Below, in pieces: positions 34,199 to 43,671 of a DNA stretch of 48,396 bases. The notes below the pieces were generated by a model that was not told where the DNA came from, made no database searches, and was given only the letters and a program-made list of their open reading frames with translations. Positions within the stretch are counted from its first letter, which is position 1. Each line of letters starts with the position of its first letter. The position numbers and the translations under genes were made by a program. Source of the DNA: a virus (taxonomy: Duplodnaviria > Caudoviricetes); IMG/VR virus record IMGVR_UViG_3300037515_000186, positions 1-48,396 of that record. The stretch is one strand, 5' to 3'.

Positions 34199-35229
34199 CC
34201 AGCGATTCTCTGACCTCAGCCGACCTGCGGGCTATCATCCAAGCCCTCGAAGACCAGGGCTTCACGAACGACCACCCGCTGCGGATGCAGCTTGGGCGCA
34301 TCATTTCCCAGAAGGTGCGCGAGCAGAAGTCCCGTGGGGCGCCGCTGACCTTCAATGTCACCACCAAGGACATCCTCGCCGCACGTGATGCGGCGGTGGG
34401 CGGTGGGGCTGGAATAACGATCAGTGACCCGCGCACGGGGCCGGGCGTGGGAGACCCAACGGCGGACAGGCTCGCCAAGTTGCGGCAAGCTTGGGCTGGC
34501 GGCACATTGTCAGCGGATGACGTGCGGTTCGCCCTTCAGGACACCTTCGGCTTCACCCCTGAGCAGGTCTCTACCTGGGTGACGCAGAACAGTCCGCAAC
34601 CTGGGGGCGTCCCCGCTGGCGGTGGAGTAACGGGTGGAGGTGAGGGTGCGGGTGCACCCGGTGGGGCACGTGGCAATCCGCTGTTGGGGCCGGTAGGGGC
34701 AACGCCACCGGGCGGCTCTCCCACCGACCTCCAGCGTGAGGCGGCTACAGGCACGGAAGGGGGCAGGGAGTTCCTGTTCCAGAACTTCCTGGCGGGAAGC
34801 CCCCAGGTGCAGGCGCTCAATCCCTTCGCCCGCCAGACTGTCAGGAACCAGTTCGACCCATTGCAGGCGCAGTTCGGGATTCAGGGGGCACTCAGCACGT
34901 TGCAGGGACAGCATGACCCTGCCTTCACCTTCAGGGACTTCCTGTCGCAGTCCCCAGGACGGTTCGACCCGCAACAGGCGATGTCGGCCTTTCAGCAGTT
35001 TGCGCCGCTGTTCGGCGGTGGCCAACTGAATCCGAACCAGCAGGACGCACGCGACATCCTTGAATCGCAGGCGCAGAACATCATCGGGCAATTCAGGGCG
35101 CAGCAGGTCTCTCCGCTGGCAAGGCAATTCGCATTGCAGAATGTGGGCCAGCGCATAGGTGCCTTCCAAGACCAGAACCTTGAAGACCCCATCTTCGGAG
35201 AGTTCGTCCGCAGGGGCTTCAGCTTCTAA
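34195..35229 (+). CDS. Putative internal virion/ejection protein
   Basis: Gln/Gly/Phe-rich; follows the portal gene. Confidence 0.55.
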   Translation: MTSDSLTSADLRAIIQALEDQGFTNDHPLRMQLGRIISQKVREQKSRGAPLTFNVTTKDILAARDAAVGGGAGITISDPRTGPGVGDPTADRLAKLRQAWAGGTLSADDVRFALQDTFGFTPEQVSTWVTQNSPQPGGVPAGGGVTGGGEGAGAPGGARGNPLLGPVGATPPGGSPTDLQREAATGTEGGREFLFQNFLAGSPQVQALNPFARQTVRNQFDPLQAQFGIQGALSTLQGQHDPAFTFRDFLSQSPGRFDPQQAMSAFQQFAPLFGGGQLNPNQQDARDILESQAQNIIGQFRAQQVSPLARQFALQNVGQRIGAFQDQNLEDPIFGEFVRRGFSF

Positions 35230-35238
35230 GGAGCAGTC

Positions 35239-35550
35239 ATGCCACCCTTTGGCGACAACATGTTCTTGGACTTCCTGGAGGAGCAGCCGAACGTTGCGTT
35301 TCAGGCGTCTCGTCCCCAGGGCGGGTCGCCCGCATCGCAACGCTTCTTCCAGAACCAGTTCGAGAACATCCACAACCGTTTCTTGGGTCAGTTGGGCCAG
35401 CAGATTCTCGGAGGTGAGCCGCCGACCGCCCGCTTCACCGACTTCTTGCAAGACTTCGATTTCGGTGGGTTCGCCGCCAGCCAGTCGCCGTTCATGCGTG
35501 GCGAGCAGCAGCAGCGCTTTGCCCCCAGCACGAGGTTCCTTTTCTTCTAG
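35239..35550 (+). CDS. Putative small ejection protein
   Basis: Gln/Phe-rich; AAGGAG RBS. Confidence 0.55.
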   Translation: MPPFGDNMFLDFLEEQPNVAFQASRPQGGSPASQRFFQNQFENIHNRFLGQLGQQILGGEPPTARFTDFLQDFDFGGFAASQSPFMRGEQQQRFAPSTRFLFF

Positions 35551-37863
35551 ATGACGACGCAACGAGAGACGGACGACGAACGCCGCCGCCGCATCCTGGG
35601 CGCCATCGGCCCTCAACAGGAGGAGCGCGGCCGGTTCGCGCTGCCCTCTGCGGGCGAGTTCACGGAGGACTTGACCGCAGCGCTCGACTGGCTCCAGCGC
35701 AACGTCCGCGAGCCACTGGCGGGCTCCGCTGCCATCGGTGCGCAGTCCCCGCTGGCCCCACCCGCGTTCCAGGACTTGGCCCGTGCCATCCCCGGCTTCA
35801 GCGAGACGGCGGAGCGGTTTGGTGAGTTGCGCCAGGAGCCTGATGCGCCGTTCCTGCCGTTCGCTGATGCGGGACAAGCCTTTCGTGAGACGGACTTCCC
35901 CTCTGCCCGCGTGGACGTGACGCCGGGGTTCGATATTCCATTGCCGGGTGGGCGGCGGCTGGACGAGGTGGACATCGGCGTGAAGGGTGCGTTGGAGGCC
36001 GTCACCGACCCCATCGAGCTGGTGCCAGGCATCGGCATCGCGGGCAGCATCGGCGGGCGTGCGGCGGGAGCGGCGGCAAGGGGTGCCAGACGAGGCGCGT
36101 CAGAAGCGTTGGTACGGACGCCCAGCAGGACGGCCCAGGACGTGGGGCTGAGGATTGCTGGCTTGCGGAGACCCGCTGGAGCGGCTGAGGAAGGGCTGGG
36201 TTTAGAGAGCGCGGTGCAACGCCTTGCCGACGCCATCAAGCCCGCCGCACGGCTCACCCGTGAGGCAACCGAACTGGCCCGTACCGGCGTTCGGAAGCAG
36301 CGGGTGGCCCAACTCGCCGCACGTCAGGCGGGCGCTCAGGGCGAGCAGGCTTCGCTTCGGGCACGTGGTGCATTGGCTGGCGACCTGCCGAAGCCTGAGT
36401 TTGAGCCTCCAAGAATTGAGCAGGTAGACCGCGACGCGCTGTTTGGTGCCATCGACCAGACCCAGAAGCTTCGTCCGTTCGACCGTGAGACGGCCAAGGA
36501 CGGCCTGACGAAGGCGCTCAACGGCGAGATTCCCACGCTCGACGAGCTTGCCAAGATGGAGCGCGTGTTCGGCGTGCAACTCATCGAGGCATTGCTGAAG
36601 AAGCGTGCCTTCAAGGCAAAACTATTTGACGAGGTAATGAGTGGGGTCAACTTTCCCAAGGCACTCGTGTCGTCGTTCGACCTCTCTGCCGCGCTCCGGC
36701 AAGGCAGGCCACTCCTCACCACCAATCCCCAGGAGTTCAAGAATGCCTCCGGCGCGATGCACAGGGCATTGGTGGACGAGAGGTTTGCCGAGACTCTGCA
36801 TGAAGCGTTGCAGACACGGCCCACATTTGGCTTTGCCAGCGATGCGGGACTGTACTTTGCCCCATGGAAGTCTGCCGCCGCACGATTGGCCAGCCGTGAA
36901 GAAGCCTATATGACGCGGTGGGCTGAGAAGTTCCCCTGGATACGCATGTCCGAACGCGCTTACATCACGTTCCTGAACAAGCTCCGCGCTGACGTGTTCG
37001 ACGCCTGGGTGAAGAACCAAGATATCCCCATCGAGGACATCAGCATCGACGCCGCGCGGGCGATGGCCCGCCACATCAACTGGCTGACGGGTAGGGGCTC
37101 CATCGGCGCGCTGGGCAGAGGGCGGACGGCGGAAATCTTGAACGCCATGTTCTTCTCGCCCCGGTTCGTCGCGTCACGGCTGGAGATGCCGTTCGAGGTG
37201 TTCATCACCAATCCCGCCGTGCGTGGAAGGGTCGCGCTCGATTTCGCCAACTTCATCGGCTCCGGCGCGATGCTCCTGGCGCTGCTCGACGTATCGGGGC
37301 TGGCTGAGGTGGAGTGGGACGCGCGCTCATCCGATTTCGGCAAGGTCAAAGTCGGCAATATCCGCTACGACATGTGGGGTGGCCTTCAGCCTATCGTCAG
37401 GCGCTTCTACCAGACCGTGACGCTTCAGGGGAAGTCGCTGAAGACGGGAGAGGTCTTCCCGCTGGAGCGGTTCACAGGCGGCGGCAAGGCGGATGCGATC
37501 TGGGTGCAGCTCGGGAGGTTCGTCCAGAGCAAGTTTTCCCCGACCGCATCTGGCATCTTTGCCGCCCGAACAGGCGAGAGCTTCCTGGGTGATGAGTTGG
37601 AGCCAGCGGACGAGGCGTTGGGAAGAGTCATCCCGCTGTTCCTTCAGGATGTGTACGAGGTCTGGAAGGAGACCGGCGACCCTTGGAATCCTGGCGGCTT
37701 GCCTGAAGCGGTGGGACGCTCATTGCCAGGTCTCTATGGCGTCGGCATACAGGCGTTTGACAGCGACGGCGGAGAACCACCAACCCAACAGCCGCAGGTT
37801 CCTACGCAGCAGGGCGAGACGGATGACCAGCGCCGTCAGCGCATCCTTGAGGCCATCCGATGA
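35551..37863 (+). CDS. Large internal virion/ejection protein (770 aa)
   Basis: Ala/Arg-rich helical ORF; SSDFGKVKVG segment; duplicated terminal peptide. Confidence 0.65.
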   Translation: MTTQRETDDERRRRILGAIGPQQEERGRFALPSAGEFTEDLTAALDWLQRNVREPLAGSAAIGAQSPLAPPAFQDLARAIPGFSETAERFGELRQEPDAPFLPFADAGQAFRETDFPSARVDVTPGFDIPLPGGRRLDEVDIGVKGALEAVTDPIELVPGIGIAGSIGGRAAGAAARGARRGASEALVRTPSRTAQDVGLRIAGLRRPAGAAEEGLGLESAVQRLADAIKPAARLTREATELARTGVRKQRVAQLAARQAGAQGEQASLRARGALAGDLPKPEFEPPRIEQVDRDALFGAIDQTQKLRPFDRETAKDGLTKALNGEIPTLDELAKMERVFGVQLIEALLKKRAFKAKLFDEVMSGVNFPKALVSSFDLSAALRQGRPLLTTNPQEFKNASGAMHRALVDERFAETLHEALQTRPTFGFASDAGLYFAPWKSAAARLASREEAYMTRWAEKFPWIRMSERAYITFLNKLRADVFDAWVKNQDIPIEDISIDAARAMARHINWLTGRGSIGALGRGRTAEILNAMFFSPRFVASRLEMPFEVFITNPAVRGRVALDFANFIGSGAMLLALLDVSGLAEVEWDARSSDFGKVKVGNIRYDMWGGLQPIVRRFYQTVTLQGKSLKTGEVFPLERFTGGGKADAIWVQLGRFVQSKFSPTASGIFAARTGESFLGDELEPADEALGRVIPLFLQDVYEVWKETGDPWNPGGLPEAVGRSLPGLYGVGIQAFDSDGGEPPTQQPQVPTQQGETDDQRRQRILEAIR

Positions 37864-38021
37864 CGATGACCGTCCAACGGCAGGACATCCGCTGTCCCCA
37901 CTGTGGCAAGAAGATGGGCGAAGCGCTCGAAGGGACGTATGGGAACACCTGCCCACGCTGCAAGCGATGGGTGACCATCGTACGGGTGAACGGTGTTGAC
38001 GTGGTGGCCAGGGCGGAGTAA
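37860..38021 (+). CDS. Mu Com-like zinc-ribbon regulator (53 aa)
   Basis: QDIRCPHCGKKMGE...TCPRCKR; ATGA coupling. Confidence 0.7.
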   Translation: MTMTVQRQDIRCPHCGKKMGEALEGTYGNTCPRCKRWVTIVRVNGVDVVARAE

Positions 38022-38045
38022 ACCATCCTCAATGGAGGTGGCCAT

Positions 38046-38234
38046 ATGAGACTGAGACTAGTCGTACTTGCGCTGTTCGCCCTCATCCTCGCGGTATATA
38101 TGGTGATAGCTCCGGCTAACCCATATCTAGACGGACTCGCGCTTGCGCTGTTTGCCTTCACCATTGCGGCATGTGCGGCGACATATTGGGCTGAGACAGA
38201 CGAGCAGCGGCGAGAACGCATCGGGAGGGAGTGA
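38046..38234 (+). CDS. Two-TM small membrane protein
   Basis: GGAGG RBS; two hydrophobic helices and a charged C-tail. Confidence 0.6.
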   Translation: MRLRLVVLALFALILAVYMVIAPANPYLDGLALALFAFTIAACAATYWAETDEQRRERIGRE

Positions 38235-38325
38235 AGGGCTCAAGCGCCCCCGCGCCGCTTGACATCGCCATAGCTATCGTGGCACGCTAACGTCACAACC
38301 GCATATCTAGTAGGAATCGTGCGCG

Positions 38326-38354
38326 AAAGACGCCTCGTAAAGGGGCGTCTTTTT
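38326..38354 (+). terminator. Intrinsic terminator
   Basis: AAAGACGCCTC-gtaaa-GGGGCGTCTTTTT. Confidence 0.75.
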
Positions 38355-38376
38355 CGTCTCTGGGAGATTTCCAACA

Positions 38377-38874
38377 GTGGACTCGGTAGAAATTGTCCTG
38401 AAGCACAGGGATGGCTCGGTAGCAGGAGTCGCGTTGGTAGATGCGGCTGACGCCCCAGCCGTCTTGCAGTTCCGATGGCACGTGCTGCGTAGCGGTCGCA
38501 GTTGCTACGCACAGGCGATGAAGACCAAGGGGCACCAAGTCCTCATGCACAGGGAAGTCCTTGGGCTCAGTCCAGTGGGGAAGACAACGAGCGAACGGCT
38601 AGAAGTTGACCACATCAACCAGAATGGCCTTGATAACCGTCGCTCCAATCTCCGCATTGTGAGCCACGCGGAGAACTTGCAAAACAACTGCTCCCACCAA
38701 GGGTCTACTTCTGCGTATCGCGGGGTCTATTGGAACAAGGCTAAGGGGAAGTGGCGGGGGCTCTGCAAGATGGCTGGGCGCAAGTACCACATCGGCTACT
38801 TCGATTCTGAGAGTGAGGCCGCGATGGCAGCAAAGGCGTGGAGACTCGCCAACATGCCATACGCCGTCTCGTAG
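38377..38874 (+). CDS. HNH-AP2 homing endonuclease
   Basis: MHREVL...VDHINQNGLDNRRSNLR...SAYRGVYWNK...HIGYFDSESEAA. Confidence 0.9.
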   Translation: MDSVEIVLKHRDGSVAGVALVDAADAPAVLQFRWHVLRSGRSCYAQAMKTKGHQVLMHREVLGLSPVGKTTSERLEVDHINQNGLDNRRSNLRIVSHAENLQNNCSHQGSTSAYRGVYWNKAKGKWRGLCKMAGRKYHIGYFDSESEAAMAAKAWRLANMPYAVS

Positions 38875-38881
38875 AGGTCTC

Positions 38882-39691
38882 ATGGCAAATCAGCAGCTAG
38901 TCCAGACCGGCGACCCAGCATTCGACAAGTTCGCCAACGAGCTTGAAATCGAGGACGAGACGCCACCCGGAGTCGATGCACAGGTGGCGGGTGACGACGT
39001 TGAGGTGCCGGAGACGCCGGAGCCAAGTGACGGCGAGACCCCTCCTGAGCCAGCTACACCGGAGACTGGGGACGAAACTCCCCAGCCTTCTGCGGCGGCG
39101 GACGACGGGCCACCTCCTCCCTCCGAGTCCGCCGCCGCTCCTGTAACCCCCGACCCTGAGCGTGAGGCCGAGCGCGAGCGCCTGCACCAGGCCGAGCAGC
39201 AGGTGGAGCAGTTCCGGCAGCAGCAGGAACGGCAGCGGCAGGACGAGTGGGAGCGCGAGACCGTTGCCGCGTACGAGAACCAGGGCGTGCCTCCCGAGAC
39301 CGCGCGGCAGATAGCACGGCAGCAGCGCTCGCTCTATGAGCAGTCCCAGTTGGCGCAGCGGCAGGTCGAGATTGCCCGCATGAACGAGCAGGGCCGGTTC
39401 AACGCTGCGCTCCACTACGGGACGCAGTACGGCGTGGACCCGAAGGTGCTCTACAGCTACGAGTCCCCCAAGGCGATGGAGGAGAAGGCCAAAGACCTGC
39501 ACCGCATCGCCAACCTCGAAGCAGAGGTCAACAAGATCAAGACGGCCCAGGTGCCGCCAGGCCAGAAGTTCGACAACGGACGCTCGACGCCCGCCCCGCG
39601 TGACGACTTCGATTCAAACCTTGAGCGCTACAACATGGGCGCTCGTGATGAGAAGGCCGAAGCAGCGGCCAAGAAGGCAACGGGTCTCTAG
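38882..39691 (+). CDS. Capsid scaffold protein
   Basis: Acidic Pro-rich N-terminus and coiled coil; directly before the capsid gene. Confidence 0.75.
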   Translation: MANQQLVQTGDPAFDKFANELEIEDETPPGVDAQVAGDDVEVPETPEPSDGETPPEPATPETGDETPQPSAAADDGPPPPSESAAAPVTPDPEREAERERLHQAEQQVEQFRQQQERQRQDEWERETVAAYENQGVPPETARQIARQQRSLYEQSQLAQRQVEIARMNEQGRFNAALHYGTQYGVDPKVLYSYESPKAMEEKAKDLHRIANLEAEVNKIKTAQVPPGQKFDNGRSTPAPRDDFDSNLERYNMGARDEKAEAAAKKATGL

Positions 39692-39707
39692 GTAAAGGAG
39701 TACACAG

Positions 39708-40586
39708 ATGGTACAGACAGCGACCAGCGGGAACCTTGCGAGAGCGCAGCGCACCATCATCGCGGCGGTGCGGTACACCGAGGAGCACAACGCGCCTGCC
39801 CTGGCCCTCATCGAGTCGATGAGCCTCCAACGCGGCGCGTCCACCGTCACCGTCCCCAAGGTGGGCCAGATGACGTTCCAAGACCTCGTGGACGGCGAGG
39901 ACATGGTGGACACGGAAGATATCGGCATGACGACCGTTGACCTGACGGCGGCGGAGGTCGGCGCCAAGGTCATCGTCACGGACAAGCTCGTCCGCCAGTC
40001 ACAGCCCAGCGTGTTCTCCATGATCGGGCGGCAGCTTGGCGACGGGGCGGCGCGGAAGCAGGACGACGACGTGACCGCGCTGTACACCAACCTGAACGGC
40101 GGCACGGCCTACGGTGGCACGGACGCTCTGCTCAATGCCTCCAACTTCGCTGGTGCCATCGCCACCGGGCGGGGCAAGACGAGCAACCCGTTCAATCCCA
40201 CCTATGCCGTGGAGCACCCCCACGCGGTCTACGAGTTCGTGCGCTCCACGACCGCCATCGGCTCCGCCACCAACAACTTCCCTGACGAGTTCCAGATGGA
40301 CAAGCTGCGGAAGTTCTGGTCGGGGCGCACCTTCAACGGCGTGGCACTGTTCGAGGACGGCAATATCGCGGTGGCCTCCGGCCAGGCCATTGGCGTGCTC
40401 GCCCAGAAGGACGCGCTGGTCGTGCTGAAGTCCAAGAGCTTCGGCACCGAGCGCCAGCGTGACGCCTCGCTGCGGGCATGGGAGATCAACATGGTGGCCG
40501 ACTACGGAGTCTTCGAGCTGGACGACACCAAGGGTGCGCCGCTCAACTTCAAGGCAGACGCCCCGACCACCAACCTGACGGCGTAG
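39708..40586 (+). CDS. Major capsid protein
   Basis: TVTVPK...LVDGED...VTD...MVADYGVFEL; strong AAGGAG RBS. Confidence 0.85.
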   Translation: MVQTATSGNLARAQRTIIAAVRYTEEHNAPALALIESMSLQRGASTVTVPKVGQMTFQDLVDGEDMVDTEDIGMTTVDLTAAEVGAKVIVTDKLVRQSQPSVFSMIGRQLGDGAARKQDDDVTALYTNLNGGTAYGGTDALLNASNFAGAIATGRGKTSNPFNPTYAVEHPHAVYEFVRSTTAIGSATNNFPDEFQMDKLRKFWSGRTFNGVALFEDGNIAVASGQAIGVLAQKDALVVLKSKSFGTERQRDASLRAWEINMVADYGVFELDDTKGAPLNFKADAPTTNLTA

Positions 40587-40594
40587 GGAACAGC

Positions 40595-41170
40595 ATGGAC
40601 TTGAAGCGAAGGCGGGAAGTCGAGAATCAACTGAAGACGGCGGGGTACGCCATCCCCGAGGCGATGCGCCATACCCAGGGCAAATGCACGATGTACCGCC
40701 ATAAGCCTTGGATGAACGAGGTGGGCCAGGTGTTGCGGGCCTGTGGGGAGGCGGTGCCGAACCAGCCCGTTCACCCCGACCACAAGGCCCGCCTGACCCT
40801 TCGTGGGCTGCGTGACTGGCCCTTCCGGGGCGTCTGCATCCTCAACCCGTGTCTGTGCAGGGAGCAGATGACCCCGGAGGCGTTCGACGCCTGGATGCGC
40901 GGGCACGGAATAGCCGACCCCGATGCCGTGCGGCCCCAGGGCGTCGTGCAGGCGGTGAACGCTGGTGAGGTGAAGCCCGATGCCAAGCCCACACCGATAG
41001 TGGTCAATGCGAGCGTCGCTGAGGCCAAGGCGGCTGAGGAAGCAGCGAAGGCCACGGTGCGGTGCAAGCACTGCGGCCACGTGGAGACGGCGGAGACGAG
41101 GGGCAAGGCGTTGGGTGCCATGAGCATCCATTCAAGGACAGTACATCCCAAGGTGCCCGTGGCGGCATAA
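40595..41170 (+). CDS. Hypothetical protein with C-terminal C2H2-like zinc finger
   Basis: CKHC...HSRTVH. Confidence 0.65.
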   Translation: MDLKRRREVENQLKTAGYAIPEAMRHTQGKCTMYRHKPWMNEVGQVLRACGEAVPNQPVHPDHKARLTLRGLRDWPFRGVCILNPCLCREQMTPEAFDAWMRGHGIADPDAVRPQGVVQAVNAGEVKPDAKPTPIVVNASVAEAKAAEEAAKATVRCKHCGHVETAETRGKALGAMSIHSRTVHPKVPVAA

Positions 41171-41268
41171 CGAGAAGGCCCGCGCCCAGTCGATACTCTG
41201 GGGGCGCGGAAGCCAGGGAAAGACCAGAGCATCGCGGGACGGCGAGCCCGTCAGAAGGAGAACGAACG

Positions 41269-42036
41269 ATGGCATTTCCGCACACGATCTACGGCAAGTT
41301 CGGGGACGAGAAGGTCACTCGGACAGCCCAGGGTGCCAAGAAGCTCGGCACCCGCATGGAGCTGCCCGATGGGCGGGTTTTCTACTACGCCAAGGCCAAC
41401 GGCGTCATCGGCGCTGGCAAGCTGGTCATGCAGAAAGACCACACCCATTCCAGCCACATCAAGGACTTGGCGGTGGCGGCTGCGGCTGCGGTGGGCGCGA
41501 CCGCCATCAACTTCACCAACGCCGGTGCCGCCATCGCGGCAGACGCGTTCAAGGACGGCCTGGTCTTCGTCAATGACGTGGACGGCGAGGGGCACGCGTA
41601 CGTCATCAGGACGAACCTTGCCATCACCACCACCGCCACCGGCAACCTGACACTGGAAGAGGACGACAGCATTGCCGAAGCCCTCACCACCAGCAGCCAG
41701 ATCGGCCTTCGCACCAACAAGTTCCTGGACTGCGAGCTGTACGATAACACCGACATCGACGGTATCCCGCTCGGTGTGGCACCCACGGAGATTGCCGACA
41801 ACGAGTTCTTCTGGTGCCAGACCTGGGGTTCCGCCGCAGTGCTGACCTCTGGCACGGTCATCCTGGGCAAGCTCGTTCTCCCGAAGGGTACGGGCGCAAC
41901 CTCGGACGGTGCGGTGCGGGCGCGGGCCACGGCCTCCGCCCTCTCGACCGACAAAGGGTTCCCGCAAGTCGGCATCGTGGAGAGCGTCGCGGCCACCACC
42001 GAGTACAGCCTGATCTTCCTGACCATCGCTCGGTAA
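41269..42036 (+). CDS. Putative capsid decoration/cement protein
   Basis: LGTRMELPDGRVFYYAKA...FFWCQTWG; strong RBS; follows the capsid gene. Confidence 0.7.
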   Translation: MAFPHTIYGKFGDEKVTRTAQGAKKLGTRMELPDGRVFYYAKANGVIGAGKLVMQKDHTHSSHIKDLAVAAAAAVGATAINFTNAGAAIAADAFKDGLVFVNDVDGEGHAYVIRTNLAITTTATGNLTLEEDDSIAEALTTSSQIGLRTNKFLDCELYDNTDIDGIPLGVAPTEIADNEFFWCQTWGSAAVLTSGTVILGKLVLPKGTGATSDGAVRARATASALSTDKGFPQVGIVESVAATTEYSLIFLTIAR

Positions 42037-42040
42037 GGCC

Positions 42041-43669
42041 ATGGTTACTCCGGCTCTCGCACCGGACAAACTCCAGGGTGTCCCGGTGGGCATGGCACCT
42101 GTCGCGCCCACCGGGCTGCTGCCCACCGTGCTCGTTGCCATCATGGGGCCGTACCCGATGGCCTACGGGAACGACGGGCGGACGACGCTGGACGATACCC
42201 TGGCCATGTGCGCGACGGACGCCTGTGCCGCCGTACCCGTCTTCATCCCCGACCTCATCACGGACGAGGAGAAGGCGTCCACGGTGGACGGGGCGCGCCT
42301 GCGTGGGCACACCTCCATGCGGAACACGGCGGTCAACCTGGCCATCGCGTGCCGCTACGACTACCTGCTCATCGCGGACAACGACGCCAAGTTCCCTCCC
42401 CACATGCTTGGCCGTCTGCTCCAGCACGACTGCGACCTGATTGTCCCGCGCCTCACCTACCCGGCCTTCGACCCCGTGGAGTGGCTGTGCTACGGCCCCA
42501 GCCCCGCAGATCACGCCCTATCCGGTGGGCTGATGCAACTGACCTGGGCAGCGCATAGCGCCTTCATGTTCAAGGTGGAGGCGCTGAAGCGCATCCAGCA
42601 CCCCGTGTTCCAGGGCTTCCACCAAGAGGGGAAGGACTACAACTACTGGAACGAGCAGGGCATTGTGGGCTACATGGACTTGGACACGCCCATCGAGGTG
42701 CTGGCGCTGGCGCGGGGCCACCGGGCCTTCTACCACATCCCGTTCCAGTACCACCAACGCAATGGAGAGCCCTGCCCCGGCCCCGTCTACGAGTACAAGC
42801 GGACGCGGCACGTCACCATCTATCGCTGCAAGGAGGAAGGATGTGAGTACGAGATGACCTCCATCGCTCCCAAGGAACAGAACCTCCAGGAGTTGAACAA
42901 CCCCAGTCTCCTCATCAAGAAGGAGATGGAGCGCGATCACTGGGCGGAGCGGGCCAAGGACTACGGCAATCTCACCTGGCCGCGCCACAAGGGTTACCTG
43001 CGGGCCATCCTGGAGGCGGGCAGCCTGCGCGAGGATGACTTCGTGCTGGACGCGGGCACGGGGACGGGTGCCATCGCCCACGCTGCTGCCCTGAAGGCCG
43101 AGCGGGTTATCGGGCTCGACATCTCACCTGAGATGCTGCACATCGCGGGAGAGGGCAAGCGGTACAACGAGGAGTTTGCCGAAGGGGATATCCGGGCGAT
43201 TCCCTACCCCCGCTGGTTCTTCTCCAAGGTGTTCGCCCGGATGGTGTTGCACGGGCTGGTGGAGGACGACGAGATGGAGACCGCCGTCCGCGAGTGCCAC
43301 CGGGTGCTCCGCACAGACGGGCGGCTCATCGTCTCCGAAGGGGTGCCCACGACCGACGCCATCGCTCCCTGGTACACGGAGGTCTTCAAGAAGAAGGAAG
43401 CCCGCCTCACCATCACTGTGCCCCTGCTGGCTGGCCTGCTTGTGCGGGCGGGGTTCCGTGGCGTGACCGCGCGAACGTACACCATCCGCCAGAGCAGCGT
43501 GCGCAACTGGCTGGAGAACGGCGCGATAGGCCAGGAGAGCGTCACGAACATCATGGACTGCTACCGGAGAATGCCGGAGGCGGTGCGGGAAGGCTACCGG
43601 GCCACCTTCGTGGAGGACGACGTGCTGATCGACACCAAGTACGCCATCGTGAGTGGGGTGAAGGTGTGA
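42041..43669 (+). CDS. GT-A-like glycosyltransferase fused to a class I SAM methyltransferase
   Basis: MRNTAV...YDYLLIADND (DxD); C-terminal VLDAGTGTG, GLDISPEML, GDIRAIPY. Confidence 0.8.
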   Translation: MVTPALAPDKLQGVPVGMAPVAPTGLLPTVLVAIMGPYPMAYGNDGRTTLDDTLAMCATDACAAVPVFIPDLITDEEKASTVDGARLRGHTSMRNTAVNLAIACRYDYLLIADNDAKFPPHMLGRLLQHDCDLIVPRLTYPAFDPVEWLCYGPSPADHALSGGLMQLTWAAHSAFMFKVEALKRIQHPVFQGFHQEGKDYNYWNEQGIVGYMDLDTPIEVLALARGHRAFYHIPFQYHQRNGEPCPGPVYEYKRTRHVTIYRCKEEGCEYEMTSIAPKEQNLQELNNPSLLIKKEMERDHWAERAKDYGNLTWPRHKGYLRAILEAGSLREDDFVLDAGTGTGAIAHAAALKAERVIGLDISPEMLHIAGEGKRYNEEFAEGDIRAIPYPRWFFSKVFARMVLHGLVEDDEMETAVRECHRVLRTDGRLIVSEGVPTTDAIAPWYTEVFKKKEARLTITVPLLAGLLVRAGFRGVTARTYTIRQSSVRNWLENGAIGQESVTNIMDCYRRMPEAVREGYRATFVEDDVLIDTKYAIVSGVKV

Positions 43670-43671
43670 CG

